Source of the DNA: Desulfuromonas sp. SDB
Lineage (GTDB): Bacteria; SDB-A
Direction: 5' to 3'
DNA: 53,284 nucleotides
NCBI GenBank assembly: GCA_001412365.1
Contig: LKUE01000209.1
Location: 1 to 53,284, forward strand
This document shows positions 8,910-17,889 of the stretch, one piece after another. Numbering within the stretch: position 1 is the first letter of the stretch; each line of letters starts with the position of its first letter. A program made the position numbers and the translations under genes. The notes beneath the pieces were generated by a model. It searched no databases. It was not told the origin of the DNA and saw only the letters and a list, made by a program, of their open reading frames with translations.

Positions 8910-10203
8910 AAGTCATGCCTAATTTCTCTAATTCCTGCAGAATGGGCAGATAAATCTCCGGTTTAACTGGAGCCCATACTCCGCTCATCTTTATTTTACC
9001 ATCCAGATACAATTTAGCGGCAATAGCCACAGGAAGACTTACCGTCTGAGCCATAGCTGAATCTCCCCCCGGAGTTCCGTAAAACACAAAGGTAGAAGTG
9101 ATTTCTTCAGCAGGATGTTCAGGATATTCAGCGCGGAACAGATGTTTCATCACCAGCATGTCCCTTTCCTCGGGTTTAAAAGGCATTTTTTCCTTCATCA
9201 CTTCAGTAACCAAATCAATAGGAGCCGAAGAGGTAACCTTTAACCTGCGGTCGCTGAATAAGTCCAACCATTCTAATTTTTCAATTACCTCATCTTGTTC
9301 ACTGATATTAAAGTATCTGGCAAGCTCTTCTTTTATATTCTGTTGGGTGCTTCCCGGGATTAGTTTAACCATCAGATCTTTGTAAGTTGAAGAATCATCA
9401 AATTGCAGGGGTTGTTGGGAAAACAAACCCATCTTCACCATCTTACTCCACAACTTACAGTGTCCCGGATAGCGCAAAGTCCCTCTAAACAGGGTTCTTA
9501 TTTCATCCAGTTGGTAAATATCTTGGTACACGGTGGAATCCCTGTTGGGATAACCCTGGAATGTACCCACTCCTTCCACTTGGATATCCTCGCAATGGTA
9601 AAATAACTGATCTCCGGGAATTTCCTCAATTCTGCTCTTTTTTAAAAATTTAGCGGGATTGGTGGCAGCAATCAGAACTCCTTTAGGACTCCAGGAAAAT
9701 TTATAGTTGAGGGGATTATCACAGGCTTCAGGCGCAGGCAAGCCTCCGCAGTAGGAGATAAACTCGGTAATTTTTCCACCTTTTTCCCTTACTGAATTAA
9801 TAATCTTCATTGCGGACATATGATCCATACCCGGATCAACCCCGCATTCATTGAGCAGAAGTAAATCTTTTTCCCGGGCTAAATTATCTAAACTTCTCAT
9901 CTTGGGGCTGATATAAGATGTAGTCATCATCGGTTTATGGGATTCCAAAGCTATTTCCGCCACTGTAGGATGAAATTCCGCAGGGAGTAAACTGATTACC
10001 AAGTCATGTTCAGAAATAAGTTCTTTTAATTTTGACAGATCATCTGTTTTCCAAACTAATCCTTGAGACCGGGGTCTTCCTGCTAAAATTCCCTTATCCC
10101 CGCTTCTACTGGCAATACTCAACTCAATATCAGATTGAGAAAGAAAATAATCAACTAAAGGTTTGACCACTAAACCCGCACCTAAAACTAGAACTTTTTT
10201 CAA
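8881..10203 (-). CDS. Saccharopine dehydrogenase family protein, Lys9-type saccharopine reductase-like
   Basis: The ORF extends to 10221. TTG at 10203 is preceded by AGGGAGG (10215..10209) with a 5-nt spacer, and it gives MKKVLVLGAGLV (Rossmann GxGxxG). Conserved blocks: SYISP, GVDPGMDH, YCGGLPAPE..NPL.YKFSWSP.GVL, YPNRDS, RGTLRYPG, ERDM.V. Confidence 0.8.
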   Translation of the reverse strand: MKKVLVLGAGLVVKPLVDYFLSQSDIELSIASRSGDKGILAGRPRSQGLVWKTDDLSKLKELISEHDLVISLLPAEFHPTVAEIALESHKPMMTTSYISPKMRSLDNLAREKDLLLLNECGVDPGMDHMSAMKIINSVREKGGKITEFISYCGGLPAPEACDNPLNYKFSWSPKGVLIAATNPAKFLKKSRIEEIPGDQLFYHCEDIQVEGVGTFQGYPNRDSTVYQDIYQLDEIRTLFRGTLRYPGHCKLWSKMVKMGLFSQQPLQFDDSSTYKDLMVKLIPGSTQQNIKEELARYFNISEQDEVIEKLEWLDLFSDRRLKVTSSAPIDLVTEVMKEKMPFKPEERDMLVMKHLFRAEYPEHPAEEITSTFVFYGTPGGDSAMAQTVSLPVAIAAKLYLDGKIKMSGVWAPVKPEIYLPILQELEKLGMTFEEKEKTVE

Positions 10204-10229
10204 TTTTTCCTCCCTGATCAAGTTAAAAA

Positions 10230-12599
10230 TTATCTGTATTCATGCCACAGGTAGCGCTGATTATAACATCTACAATTAAGATGTGGTAAGTAAAATTTTA
10301 ATGCTCCCTGAACATCTGTTCTCCATCCGCGGATATTGAAAATTTCAGTCAGCCATACCAACTGCTCATGAGGGTGGCCATAAGAATTATATTTTCCGCA
10401 GCTAATGACCAGGTCCTGGGGAGAAATTGACAAAACTGTTTCCACGGGATTAGCTAATCTATCCCCATGATGAGAAGCGTGAAGCCATATCTGGCTGATT
10501 TCAGGGGAAATATCTAAATCAACAAGCCTGCCATCACCCGGAAAAATATAAATATTTGAATCTGAATTTAATTTTACCAGTAAAAACAGGGAAGCGGCAT
10601 TTTGATTTTCAGTGATCCGGCTGATCTGCAGATCACTTTCCCCGGGAGCCAGAACTTGTATCTGAAAATCCTTCCCCACAATTTTATAACCGCTTTTAAC
10701 TACTGCTTCGGTGGCTCCCCCGGCTTTTCTGAAATCATTGTAGATGCCGGTGTTTCTTCTGACTCCATTGGTTAAAACAGGACAATGGGGGAAATTCCTG
10801 ATTATTCCGGGTAAACCTCCGATATGGTCGGCATCTGGATGTGAAGCTATTATCAAATCTAAATGGTCAATTCCTTCTCTGAGTAAATATGGCAAAATAA
10901 TATTTGAAGCCACGTAATCACCTGGACCGCCGTCAATTAATATATTACTCCCCTGTTCGGTGTGGATTAAACAAGCATCCCCCTGTCCTACATCAAATAT
11001 TAAAATATAATCCGGGGAAGAGTTAAAATCAGCATAAAAAACAGTGATAATAAACAGAAGCCCCGAAATCAGCCACCATCTGAAATAGTTTCGGTAATTC
11101 AACCACAACTTAAAAAAGACCAGCATAAGGTAATATGCAAAAATCTGGTAATAGGGGGGAGGCGTAAAAGTCCAAACAGCAGTACTTAAATCAGCAAAAA
11201 AACCAGTTAGATTTATAAATCCGCCTGCCAGAAATTTTAAGGAAAGAGTGAACACCCCTCCCCCCCATTGGGGAAAAAGAAGAAACAGCAATATTGATAC
11301 AATTAATATTGAAAGATAAGGTATCATCACTAAATTTGATAGCCAGGCTACCGGATATATTTCACCGTAACTGCAGCATAAAATTGGCCAGGTACCTACG
11401 TAAATTACGGTAATGGTGAGGAAGCTGGCGGTCAGCCATTTTACCCCTTTATTTTTCAATGAATTTTTAAATAACTTCCAGACATCCGGGAAAATAAATA
11501 TCAAGGCAAAAACACTGGCAAATGACAGTAAAAAACCGGAATTCCATAATTCCAGAGGATGCCTTATCAACACTACCAATCCGGCAATCCCTAAAATCTG
11601 AAACATATCCCTGTTTCGCTGAAAAATATAGGCAAATGAATATACCACTGCAAATATCACCGCTCTCCACACCGAGGGATTAGCTCCCGCAATTAATAAA
11701 TAAAATAATAAAAGGCAACCTGCCAGAAAATATCTCCAATGCTTAGAAACCCGGATTAATTTAAAAAAAGTAGTTATCAATAAAAAGATAATACCCACAT
11801 GCAGTCCGCTGATTGCCAGGAGATGAGCTAATCCTCCCTGCTGGAAATTCAATCTCAAATTATCGCTAATTTTACTTCTATCTCCAATGGTTAAAGCATT
11901 TACCAATTCAATAATATCTGTATGGGGATAGAGGTAACGGTTAATCCGTTCACGTATTGAATTTCTCAGATTGTCCAACCAGTTATCTGATTTAGATAAA
12001 ACCTCAATATGTTGTGCACGAAAAACTGCTTGATTGCCCTGGGACAGCAGGAAGCGGCCGTAATCAAATTGATGGGGATTGGTGGCAAAAGGCAGCGGAT
12101 ATAAAACTCCCTGCGCCTTTATGATATCTCCATCCCTTAAGTCCATACTATCCCACAGACATACTTTTGAATTAAACTCAATACTATTAAAAGAATAAAC
12201 TTCTATCTGGTAATTGCTTCTGGCTACCGGCATCACCCTCCCGGTTATAATTCCCTTAGGTCTTAACGCTGCAATTCGGGCTAATTGATCACGAGGAATG
12301 ATGATCCAGGACCATTGGATGAAAAAGAAAATTGTGCTTATCAAAACCGCCGTACCCGCCAAAATCAGATGTTTTGATATTACTGCTGCCATTGACAGTA
12401 TTAAAAAGGAAAGCATCAATATAAATGCCAACCAGAAATTAAACTTATAAGAGGATATGTATATGCCTATGGCTGCAGATAAACACAGCCAGAAGGAAAA
12501 TTTGCCAAATAAAAGCTTACTTTTTAAACATGGATTTGAATTTTGAGAAAAGACCTGCGCTATCTGACCCCATAAATTTATCAAGCTGTTTGTTGACAT
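10230..12599 (-). CDS. comEC: DNA internalization-related competence protein ComEC/Rec2
   Basis: 789 aa. Polytopic membrane N-terminal two-thirds (competence domain). C-terminal metallo-beta-lactamase domain with FDVGQGDA and SHPDADHIGG motifs. Confidence 0.88.
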   Translation of the reverse strand: MSTNSLINLWGQIAQVFSQNSNPCLKSKLLFGKFSFWLCLSAAIGIYISSYKFNFWLAFILMLSFLILSMAAVISKHLILAGTAVLISTIFFFIQWSWIIIPRDQLARIAALRPKGIITGRVMPVARSNYQIEVYSFNSIEFNSKVCLWDSMDLRDGDIIKAQGVLYPLPFATNPHQFDYGRFLLSQGNQAVFRAQHIEVLSKSDNWLDNLRNSIRERINRYLYPHTDIIELVNALTIGDRSKISDNLRLNFQQGGLAHLLAISGLHVGIIFLLITTFFKLIRVSKHWRYFLAGCLLLFYLLIAGANPSVWRAVIFAVVYSFAYIFQRNRDMFQILGIAGLVVLIRHPLELWNSGFLLSFASVFALIFIFPDVWKLFKNSLKNKGVKWLTASFLTITVIYVGTWPILCCSYGEIYPVAWLSNLVMIPYLSILIVSILLFLLFPQWGGGVFTLSLKFLAGGFINLTGFFADLSTAVWTFTPPPYYQIFAYYLMLVFFKLWLNYRNYFRWWLISGLLFIITVFYADFNSSPDYILIFDVGQGDACLIHTEQGSNILIDGGPGDYVASNIILPYLLREGIDHLDLIIASHPDADHIGGLPGIIRNFPHCPVLTNGVRRNTGIYNDFRKAGGATEAVVKSGYKIVGKDFQIQVLAPGESDLQISRITENQNAASLFLLVKLNSDSNIYIFPGDGRLVDLDISPEISQIWLHASHHGDRLANPVETVLSISPQDLVISCGKYNSYGHPHEQLVWLTEIFNIRGWRTDVQGALKFYLPHLNCRCYNQRYLWHEYR

Positions 12600-13167
12600 C
12601 TATAGCTTCTTCACAATCCGGATCCCACTTAAGGGCATCTTGGGCAAATTTGGTGGCTTCTTCCATCCTCCCCAAAGCCAGCAGTGCCCGAGCATAAACT
12701 GCATGAAAAAAACCTTCAAACATCTTCTGATCAACAATCCTCTGTAATTCAATAAGACTTTGATCAATATCTTTTGATAAATTAATTTTTATCATATCCA
12801 TGTAGGCTACATATTCAGGAGTTTTACTTAGTTTTAAAATCCCATCCATAATTGCTTCCGCTTTCTGAAAATCCATCTGATTTACCGAATTCCTGGCATC
12901 CTGGAACAATTTCCGGATATGCATTTGGGTTCCCCGGTCAATACCTCCCCTTAACTTACGATCGTATTCCCTTCTCCTATCCTTATCAATCAAAGTACGG
13001 TAAGCCAGGGTTATATTGGCAAATCGGTCATTAGCCAGTCTCCACTTTTCTCCGCTTTTATCGGGAACATGGTCAGGGTGACATAGCTTGGCTAAAGTTA
13101 AGTAAGCATTGCGAATTTCTTCATCAGTTGAAGTTATGCTTACATTTAATATAGAATAATAATCCAT
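12517..13167 (-). CDS. J-domain (DnaJ-like) protein with a TPR-like C-terminal region
   Basis: 216 aa. J-domain DYYSILNV..EEIRNAYLTLAKLCHPDH with the HPD tripeptide. The C-terminal helical repeat ..YARALLALGRMEEATKFAQDALKWDPD.. is TPR-like. Confidence 0.8.
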   Translation of the reverse strand: MDYYSILNVSITSTDEEIRNAYLTLAKLCHPDHVPDKSGEKWRLANDRFANITLAYRTLIDKDRRREYDRKLRGGIDRGTQMHIRKLFQDARNSVNQMDFQKAEAIMDGILKLSKTPEYVAYMDMIKINLSKDIDQSLIELQRIVDQKMFEGFFHAVYARALLALGRMEEATKFAQDALKWDPDCEEAIDVNKQLDKFMGSDSAGLFSKFKSMFKK

Positions 13168-13213
13168 TCCAAGTTATGGGCATAAGCCCGTTTTAGCATT
13201 AACCCTAAATACC

Positions 13214-13243
13214 TTGCCAGGTAATCTTTTATGGAAGTATAAT
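13214..13243 (+). promoter_or_regulatory. Sigma70-like promoter candidate for the DUF3467 / carboxyltransferase / BCCP operon
   Basis: TTGCCA (13214..13219), an 18-nt spacer, then TATAAT (13238..13243). It lies about 60 nt upstream of the ATG at 13306. Confidence 0.4.
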
Positions 13244-13305
13244 AGTGCTTAATTTTTCAAGCAACATCAATTTTCAACAATAGTTAAACAATAAGAGGAG
13301 AATAT

Positions 13306-13596
13306 ATGAAAAATCAATCAACTCAGATTAACCTTGAACTTCCCGATGAAGTATTTGAGGGAACTTATGCTAACATTGTAATTATAATGTCCTCTCCCGC
13401 TGAGTTCGTACTCGATTTCGCCAGAATAGTTCCAGGCAAGCCCAAAGCCAAAATCAAGTCCAGGGTAATCATTCCCCCCCAAACCGCTAAAAAAATGGTA
13501 AAAATTTTAGAAGACCGCATAAAGGATTATGAAAACAGGTTTGGAGACATTAAAATCGAAGCAGAGGATAAAAATATTATTGGTTTTCAAAACTAG
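13306..13596 (+). CDS. DUF3467-family small protein
   Basis: 96 aa. The YANIVIIMSSPAEFVLDFARIVPG core matches the DUF3467 pattern as I recall it. SD AAGAGGAG lies upstream. Confidence 0.65.
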   Translation: MKNQSTQINLELPDEVFEGTYANIVIIMSSPAEFVLDFARIVPGKPKAKIKSRVIIPPQTAKKMVKILEDRIKDYENRFGDIKIEAEDKNIIGFQN

Positions 13597-13605
13597 AGGG
13601 TAAAT

Positions 13606-15150
13606 ATGGAAATTGCCAAAAAAATCAGTGAATTCCTTAGCCGAGTTCAGGAATTACTTCTGGGGGGAGGAGAAAAATCAATAAAAAAACAAAAAGCTCA
13701 GGGTAAATTAACCGCCAGAGAAAGACTGGAATTACTGCTGGATCAAGGAAGCTTTTTAGAAATTGATTTATTTGTCGAACACAGAGCCAGAAGTTCATCC
13801 CTTCAAAATAAAAAACTTGCCGGTGACGGGGTTATCACCGGGGTAGGTAAAATCAAACGCCGTCCGGTAACTGTATTTGCCCAAGATTTCACGGTGGCGG
13901 GAGGATCTCTGGGACAAGGCCATGCTTCGAAAATTGCAAAAATAATGAATACCGCTAAAAGTTCAGGAGTGCCTTTGATCGGCTTGAATGATTCGGGAGG
14001 AGCCCGGATTCAAGAAGGAGTAGGTGCTTTAGCCGGCTACGGAGACATTTTTTACCTCAACACCAAGCTATCAGGAGTAGTACCTCAAATTTCAGTAATT
14101 CTGGGACCCTGTGCAGGAGGAGCAGTTTATTCACCTGCATTGACTGATTTCGTAATTGTAGTACAGGGGATTAGTAAAATGTTCATCACCGGTCCGGAGG
14201 TTATTAAAACAGTGATCGGTGAAGAAATTTCCATGGAAGAATTGGGAGGAGCTAAAACTCATTCCGAAATAACCGGAAATGTGCACTTTCTGGCGGAAGA
14301 TGAGGAAAGTGCATTTAAAATAATAAAACAACTTCTATCCTTTCTTCCCAGCAGTTACCAGGAATTACCTCCGGAAATTCCCCCTGAGGAACCCTTGAAA
14401 AAATTTGACATAACTTCAGTAATTCCGGCAAATCCTAAGGAAACTTATGATGTTCTGGATATTGTGAAGTCAATAATTGATGGATCAAATTTTCTGGAAG
14501 TTCAGCAACATTGGGCAAAAAATATAATTATCGGCTTTGGGCGGTTAAACGGCAAGGTAATGGGTATAGTGGCCAATCAGCCATATTACCTGGCAGGGGT
14601 ATTGGATGTAAATGCCGCAGATAAAGCCAGCCGGTTTATAAGATTTTGTGATTGTTTCAACATCCCCCTGCTCACCTTAGTGGATATCCCCGGCTACTTG
14701 CCAGGAGTAGATCAGGAGCACGCAGGAGTAATCCGTCATGGGGCAAAAGTTCTCTACGCTTATTCAGAGGCAACTGTTCCTAAACTCACCTTAATCATCA
14801 GAAAAGCTTACGGGGGAGGATACATCGCCATGTGCAGCAAACATTTAGGGGCTGACTTCGTAGCGGCTTGGCCTACTGCGGAAATTGCAGTAATGGGACC
14901 AGAGGGAGCGGCTAATATTCTTTACCGCAGGGAAATTTCCGCCAGCGATGAACCTGAAAAGCTAAGACAACAGAAAATTACCGAATATCAGGAACAATTT
15001 GCCAATCCTTATGTAGCCGCTTCTCAGGGATTTGTTGATGCGGTAATTGAACCTGAATCCACCCGGGATATTCTGGTGGAAATGCTCACCTTGTATTATG
15101 ATAAACAACGGGATAAAACTGGCAAGCATCACGGGAATATCCCCTTATAG
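13606..15150 (+). CDS. Acyl-CoA carboxyltransferase subunit (methylmalonyl-CoA decarboxylase alpha / propionyl-CoA carboxylase beta family)
   Basis: 514 aa. Typical blocks: GKLTARERLELLLD.GSF.E, FAQDFTV.GGSLG, NDSGGARIQEG, ILGPCAGGAVYSPALTDF, GIVANQP..LAGVLD, AYGGGY.AM. Confidence 0.9.
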   Translation: MEIAKKISEFLSRVQELLLGGGEKSIKKQKAQGKLTARERLELLLDQGSFLEIDLFVEHRARSSSLQNKKLAGDGVITGVGKIKRRPVTVFAQDFTVAGGSLGQGHASKIAKIMNTAKSSGVPLIGLNDSGGARIQEGVGALAGYGDIFYLNTKLSGVVPQISVILGPCAGGAVYSPALTDFVIVVQGISKMFITGPEVIKTVIGEEISMEELGGAKTHSEITGNVHFLAEDEESAFKIIKQLLSFLPSSYQELPPEIPPEEPLKKFDITSVIPANPKETYDVLDIVKSIIDGSNFLEVQQHWAKNIIIGFGRLNGKVMGIVANQPYYLAGVLDVNAADKASRFIRFCDCFNIPLLTLVDIPGYLPGVDQEHAGVIRHGAKVLYAYSEATVPKLTLIIRKAYGGGYIAMCSKHLGADFVAAWPTAEIAVMGPEGAANILYRREISASDEPEKLRQQKITEYQEQFANPYVAASQGFVDAVIEPESTRDILVEMLTLYYDKQRDKTGKHHGNIPL

Positions 15151-15155
15151 GAGTA

Positions 15156-15464
15156 ATGGTGGATAAAATAAAATTAATTATAGATTTTACTGAATATTCA
15201 ACTCTCCGTTTTAAATACTCCAGACCGGGGATAATATATCCTCATAACACCCCCCATGAAATTGTAGTTCCCATACCCGGAATTATAAAACAGGTACTGG
15301 TAAAAACCGGAGATGTAATAAAAAGGGGGGATGTTATTTTAGTATTGGAAGCGATGAAATCCTACAATAAAATTATTGCTGACCATCCTGGAAAAATTAC
15401 TGAAATACTGGTAAATCCAGGAGACCGGGTGATTAAAGATCAAGTTGTAGTGAAGATGGACTGA
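15156..15464 (+). CDS. Biotin carboxyl carrier / biotinyl-domain protein
   Basis: 102 aa. Biotinyl-lysine context VLEAMKSYNKI (EAMK motif) flanked by the usual PGxI..V.V..GD.V..GD..V hammerhead pattern. Confidence 0.8.
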   Translation: MVDKIKLIIDFTEYSTLRFKYSRPGIIYPHNTPHEIVVPIPGIIKQVLVKTGDVIKRGDVILVLEAMKSYNKIIADHPGKITEILVNPGDRVIKDQVVVKMD

Positions 15465-15492
15465 AATATTTAACATTTAATTTGGAGTTATT

Positions 15493-17889
15493 ATGGATCC
15501 AATCCCCCTAAAACAACTTCACTGGGAATGTCCCCAGGAAATATTTTCTTTTAACCACACCAATGAAATCGAACCGCCCAATGAAATTATCGGGCAGGCA
15601 TCGGCTTTGGAATCCATTAAAATTGGCACTGAAATTTCCAGTCCTGGATATAATATCTTCATAACCGGTCTGGTGGGGACCGGCAGAAAAACCATGGTTT
15701 ATAAATACTTGAGATCATTAATTTCTTCTTTTCCCCCCGAACTTGAGGACATTCTTTATTTCTACAACTTCGACACTCCGGATGAACCATTGGCGTTTAA
15801 GGTTAAAGCTGGGCAAGGGAAAGCCCTGATGATTGCTCTAAATGATTTTGCAGAGAATATTGAAGATTTTATATCCACAAATTTCAGGGCGAATGTTTAT
15901 TTTGAAAATTTACTGGTTTTAGAGCAGCAGCAAAAACAAGAAGAAACTGACATATTCAACAATCTCAACGACACTGTAAAACAGTACGGTTTTGAGTGGT
16001 CTCAATCTTCTCAAGACCCTACAAAATTAATTTTAGTTCCCCTGGTGGAAGGTAAACCCATTGATTTCAATGAGCTATCCAACCTGGCAAGTGAGGATAA
16101 GATAACTACTGATCAGCTAAATGAAATTAAAGAAAAGAAAGACAAGCTGGAAAAGGTTATCACTTCTTCCCTTAATGAAGTGCGTATTATGAAGAATAAA
16201 CATCAGGAGCAACAGGAACAATTAGACCGAAAAATTGCCGAACCTTTGACCAACCTGATATTTGAAGATCTTAAAAAAATTACTGACTCCGATCAGGTTC
16301 AGGTAGCTCTGGATAGAATAAAAAATTTTATCCTGGATAATATTCCCAAATGGAAACTATTAACTCAAGATATTAACAACAAACAGCTTTGGCAGGACTT
16401 GAAACCAGTAATTATAAATAAACTTAAGACAAATTTAGCAGTGGACAATTCTACCAAAAAGGAAGCACCGATAATCATAGAAAATTCACCCACCGAGAGT
16501 AATCTTTTCGGCACGGTGGAATTAAGCGAACAGGGGGATAAAAATCATTTAAATGTCAAACCGGGAAGTTTCCTCAAAGCACACCGGGGATTTTTACTGA
16601 TAGATGCTTATGAACTTCTCCAATCCAATGAGACCTGGCAGAGATTTAAGCGGACTTTAAAAACAGGAAGACTGGAAATTTCACCTATTGCCACTCCTTA
16701 TTCAGTGAGAGGCTACTTACGCCCCCATCCTATTAAAATTGAAGTAAAAGTAATATTGATAGGTAAAGAAGAAATTTATTCCGCCCTGTTTATGAAAGAT
16801 CCTGAATTTTCTAAAATATTTAAAATCAAGGCAAATTTTGTAAATCACATGCCTCTTACCAATGATAACTTACTGAAATATGCAGAATTCACTTCTTTGA
16901 TTTCCAAACGGGATAAGCTACTTCCCTTTGATCCCTCTAGCATTGTTGCAATCTGCGAGTACGGGTACCGTTTGGCGGGTGGACAACAGAGAATCAGCAC
17001 TGAATTTGGGAAGATTTCCGATTTAATCAAACAGAGTAATTACTGGCAGAAACAAATTGATCCCCAGGCAAAAATAGTTACAACTCAAGCCGTAAAATTA
17101 GCATTAGAGAAAAAAAGAGAGCGCCATACCCATCTGGAAAGGGAAATACATAAGTTAATTCAGGATGAGATAATCAAGTTGAACCTGTCCGGGAAAAAAA
17201 TCGGACAGATTAACGGTTTAACTATCCTGGAAGATGAAGAAACTTTGATGGGTTTTCCGGTGAGGATTACTGCCAGCACCTCTCCGGGGAAAAAGGGGGT
17301 AATCAGCATTGACCGTGAATCCGAACTGTCCGGAGAAATTCACACCAAAGGGATCATGATTATCAACGGTTTCCTCAGACAAAAATATGCTAAAAATTTT
17401 CCCCTTTCCCTTCAGGCAAGCATCTGTTTTGAGCAAACCTATAATTTGATAGACGGAGATAGCGCAACTTGCGCTGAAATTTGCGCCTTGCTATCCAGCA
17501 TTACTCAAATACCTATCTATCAAAATTTTGCCATAACCGGTTCTGCCGATCAATACGGCAATGTTCAGGCAGTGGGAGGGATTAATGAAAAAATCGAAGG
17601 TTTCTATTATATCTGTAAAATGAAAAATATCAACGATGGATCAGTGATAATACCCCGGGATAATCTGCAAAATTTACAGCTTAATGATCAAGTTTTAGAA
17701 GAAGTAAAAAATCATAAATTTAAGATTTTTCCAGTGAGTAAAATTGATCAGATTATTGAACTCATTTCTGGTTGTCAAGCTGGAGAAATTGATTACCAAC
17801 CGGAAGGTCTTATAAACTTCAACCGGGAAGTTATGCAGTCTCTTAAAAAGATGTCGGAAATCGTATACCCCCCAGAAAAGGAGTTTTAA
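15493..17889 (+). CDS. Lon-like protease (AAA-like domain with a large helical insertion plus an S16 Lon proteolytic domain)
   Basis: 798 aa. P-loop-like GLVGTGRKT (15667..15693). Long charged helical insert (about aa 130-330). Lon protease domain with IDGDSATCAEICALLSS (Ser) and VGGINEKIEGF (Lys). Confidence 0.8.
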   Translation: MDPIPLKQLHWECPQEIFSFNHTNEIEPPNEIIGQASALESIKIGTEISSPGYNIFITGLVGTGRKTMVYKYLRSLISSFPPELEDILYFYNFDTPDEPLAFKVKAGQGKALMIALNDFAENIEDFISTNFRANVYFENLLVLEQQQKQEETDIFNNLNDTVKQYGFEWSQSSQDPTKLILVPLVEGKPIDFNELSNLASEDKITTDQLNEIKEKKDKLEKVITSSLNEVRIMKNKHQEQQEQLDRKIAEPLTNLIFEDLKKITDSDQVQVALDRIKNFILDNIPKWKLLTQDINNKQLWQDLKPVIINKLKTNLAVDNSTKKEAPIIIENSPTESNLFGTVELSEQGDKNHLNVKPGSFLKAHRGFLLIDAYELLQSNETWQRFKRTLKTGRLEISPIATPYSVRGYLRPHPIKIEVKVILIGKEEIYSALFMKDPEFSKIFKIKANFVNHMPLTNDNLLKYAEFTSLISKRDKLLPFDPSSIVAICEYGYRLAGGQQRISTEFGKISDLIKQSNYWQKQIDPQAKIVTTQAVKLALEKKRERHTHLEREIHKLIQDEIIKLNLSGKKIGQINGLTILEDEETLMGFPVRITASTSPGKKGVISIDRESELSGEIHTKGIMIINGFLRQKYAKNFPLSLQASICFEQTYNLIDGDSATCAEICALLSSITQIPIYQNFAITGSADQYGNVQAVGGINEKIEGFYYICKMKNINDGSVIIPRDNLQNLQLNDQVLEEVKNHKFKIFPVSKIDQIIELISGCQAGEIDYQPEGLINFNREVMQSLKKMSEIVYPPEKEF

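Noticed and set aside
15493-17889. Lon-like protease as BrxL, the BREX phage-defence component.
   Set aside because: No PglX methyltransferase, PglZ, BrxA/B/C or other defence genes are nearby. Its neighbours are serS, a biotin carrier and BamA/TamB, which is a housekeeping context.
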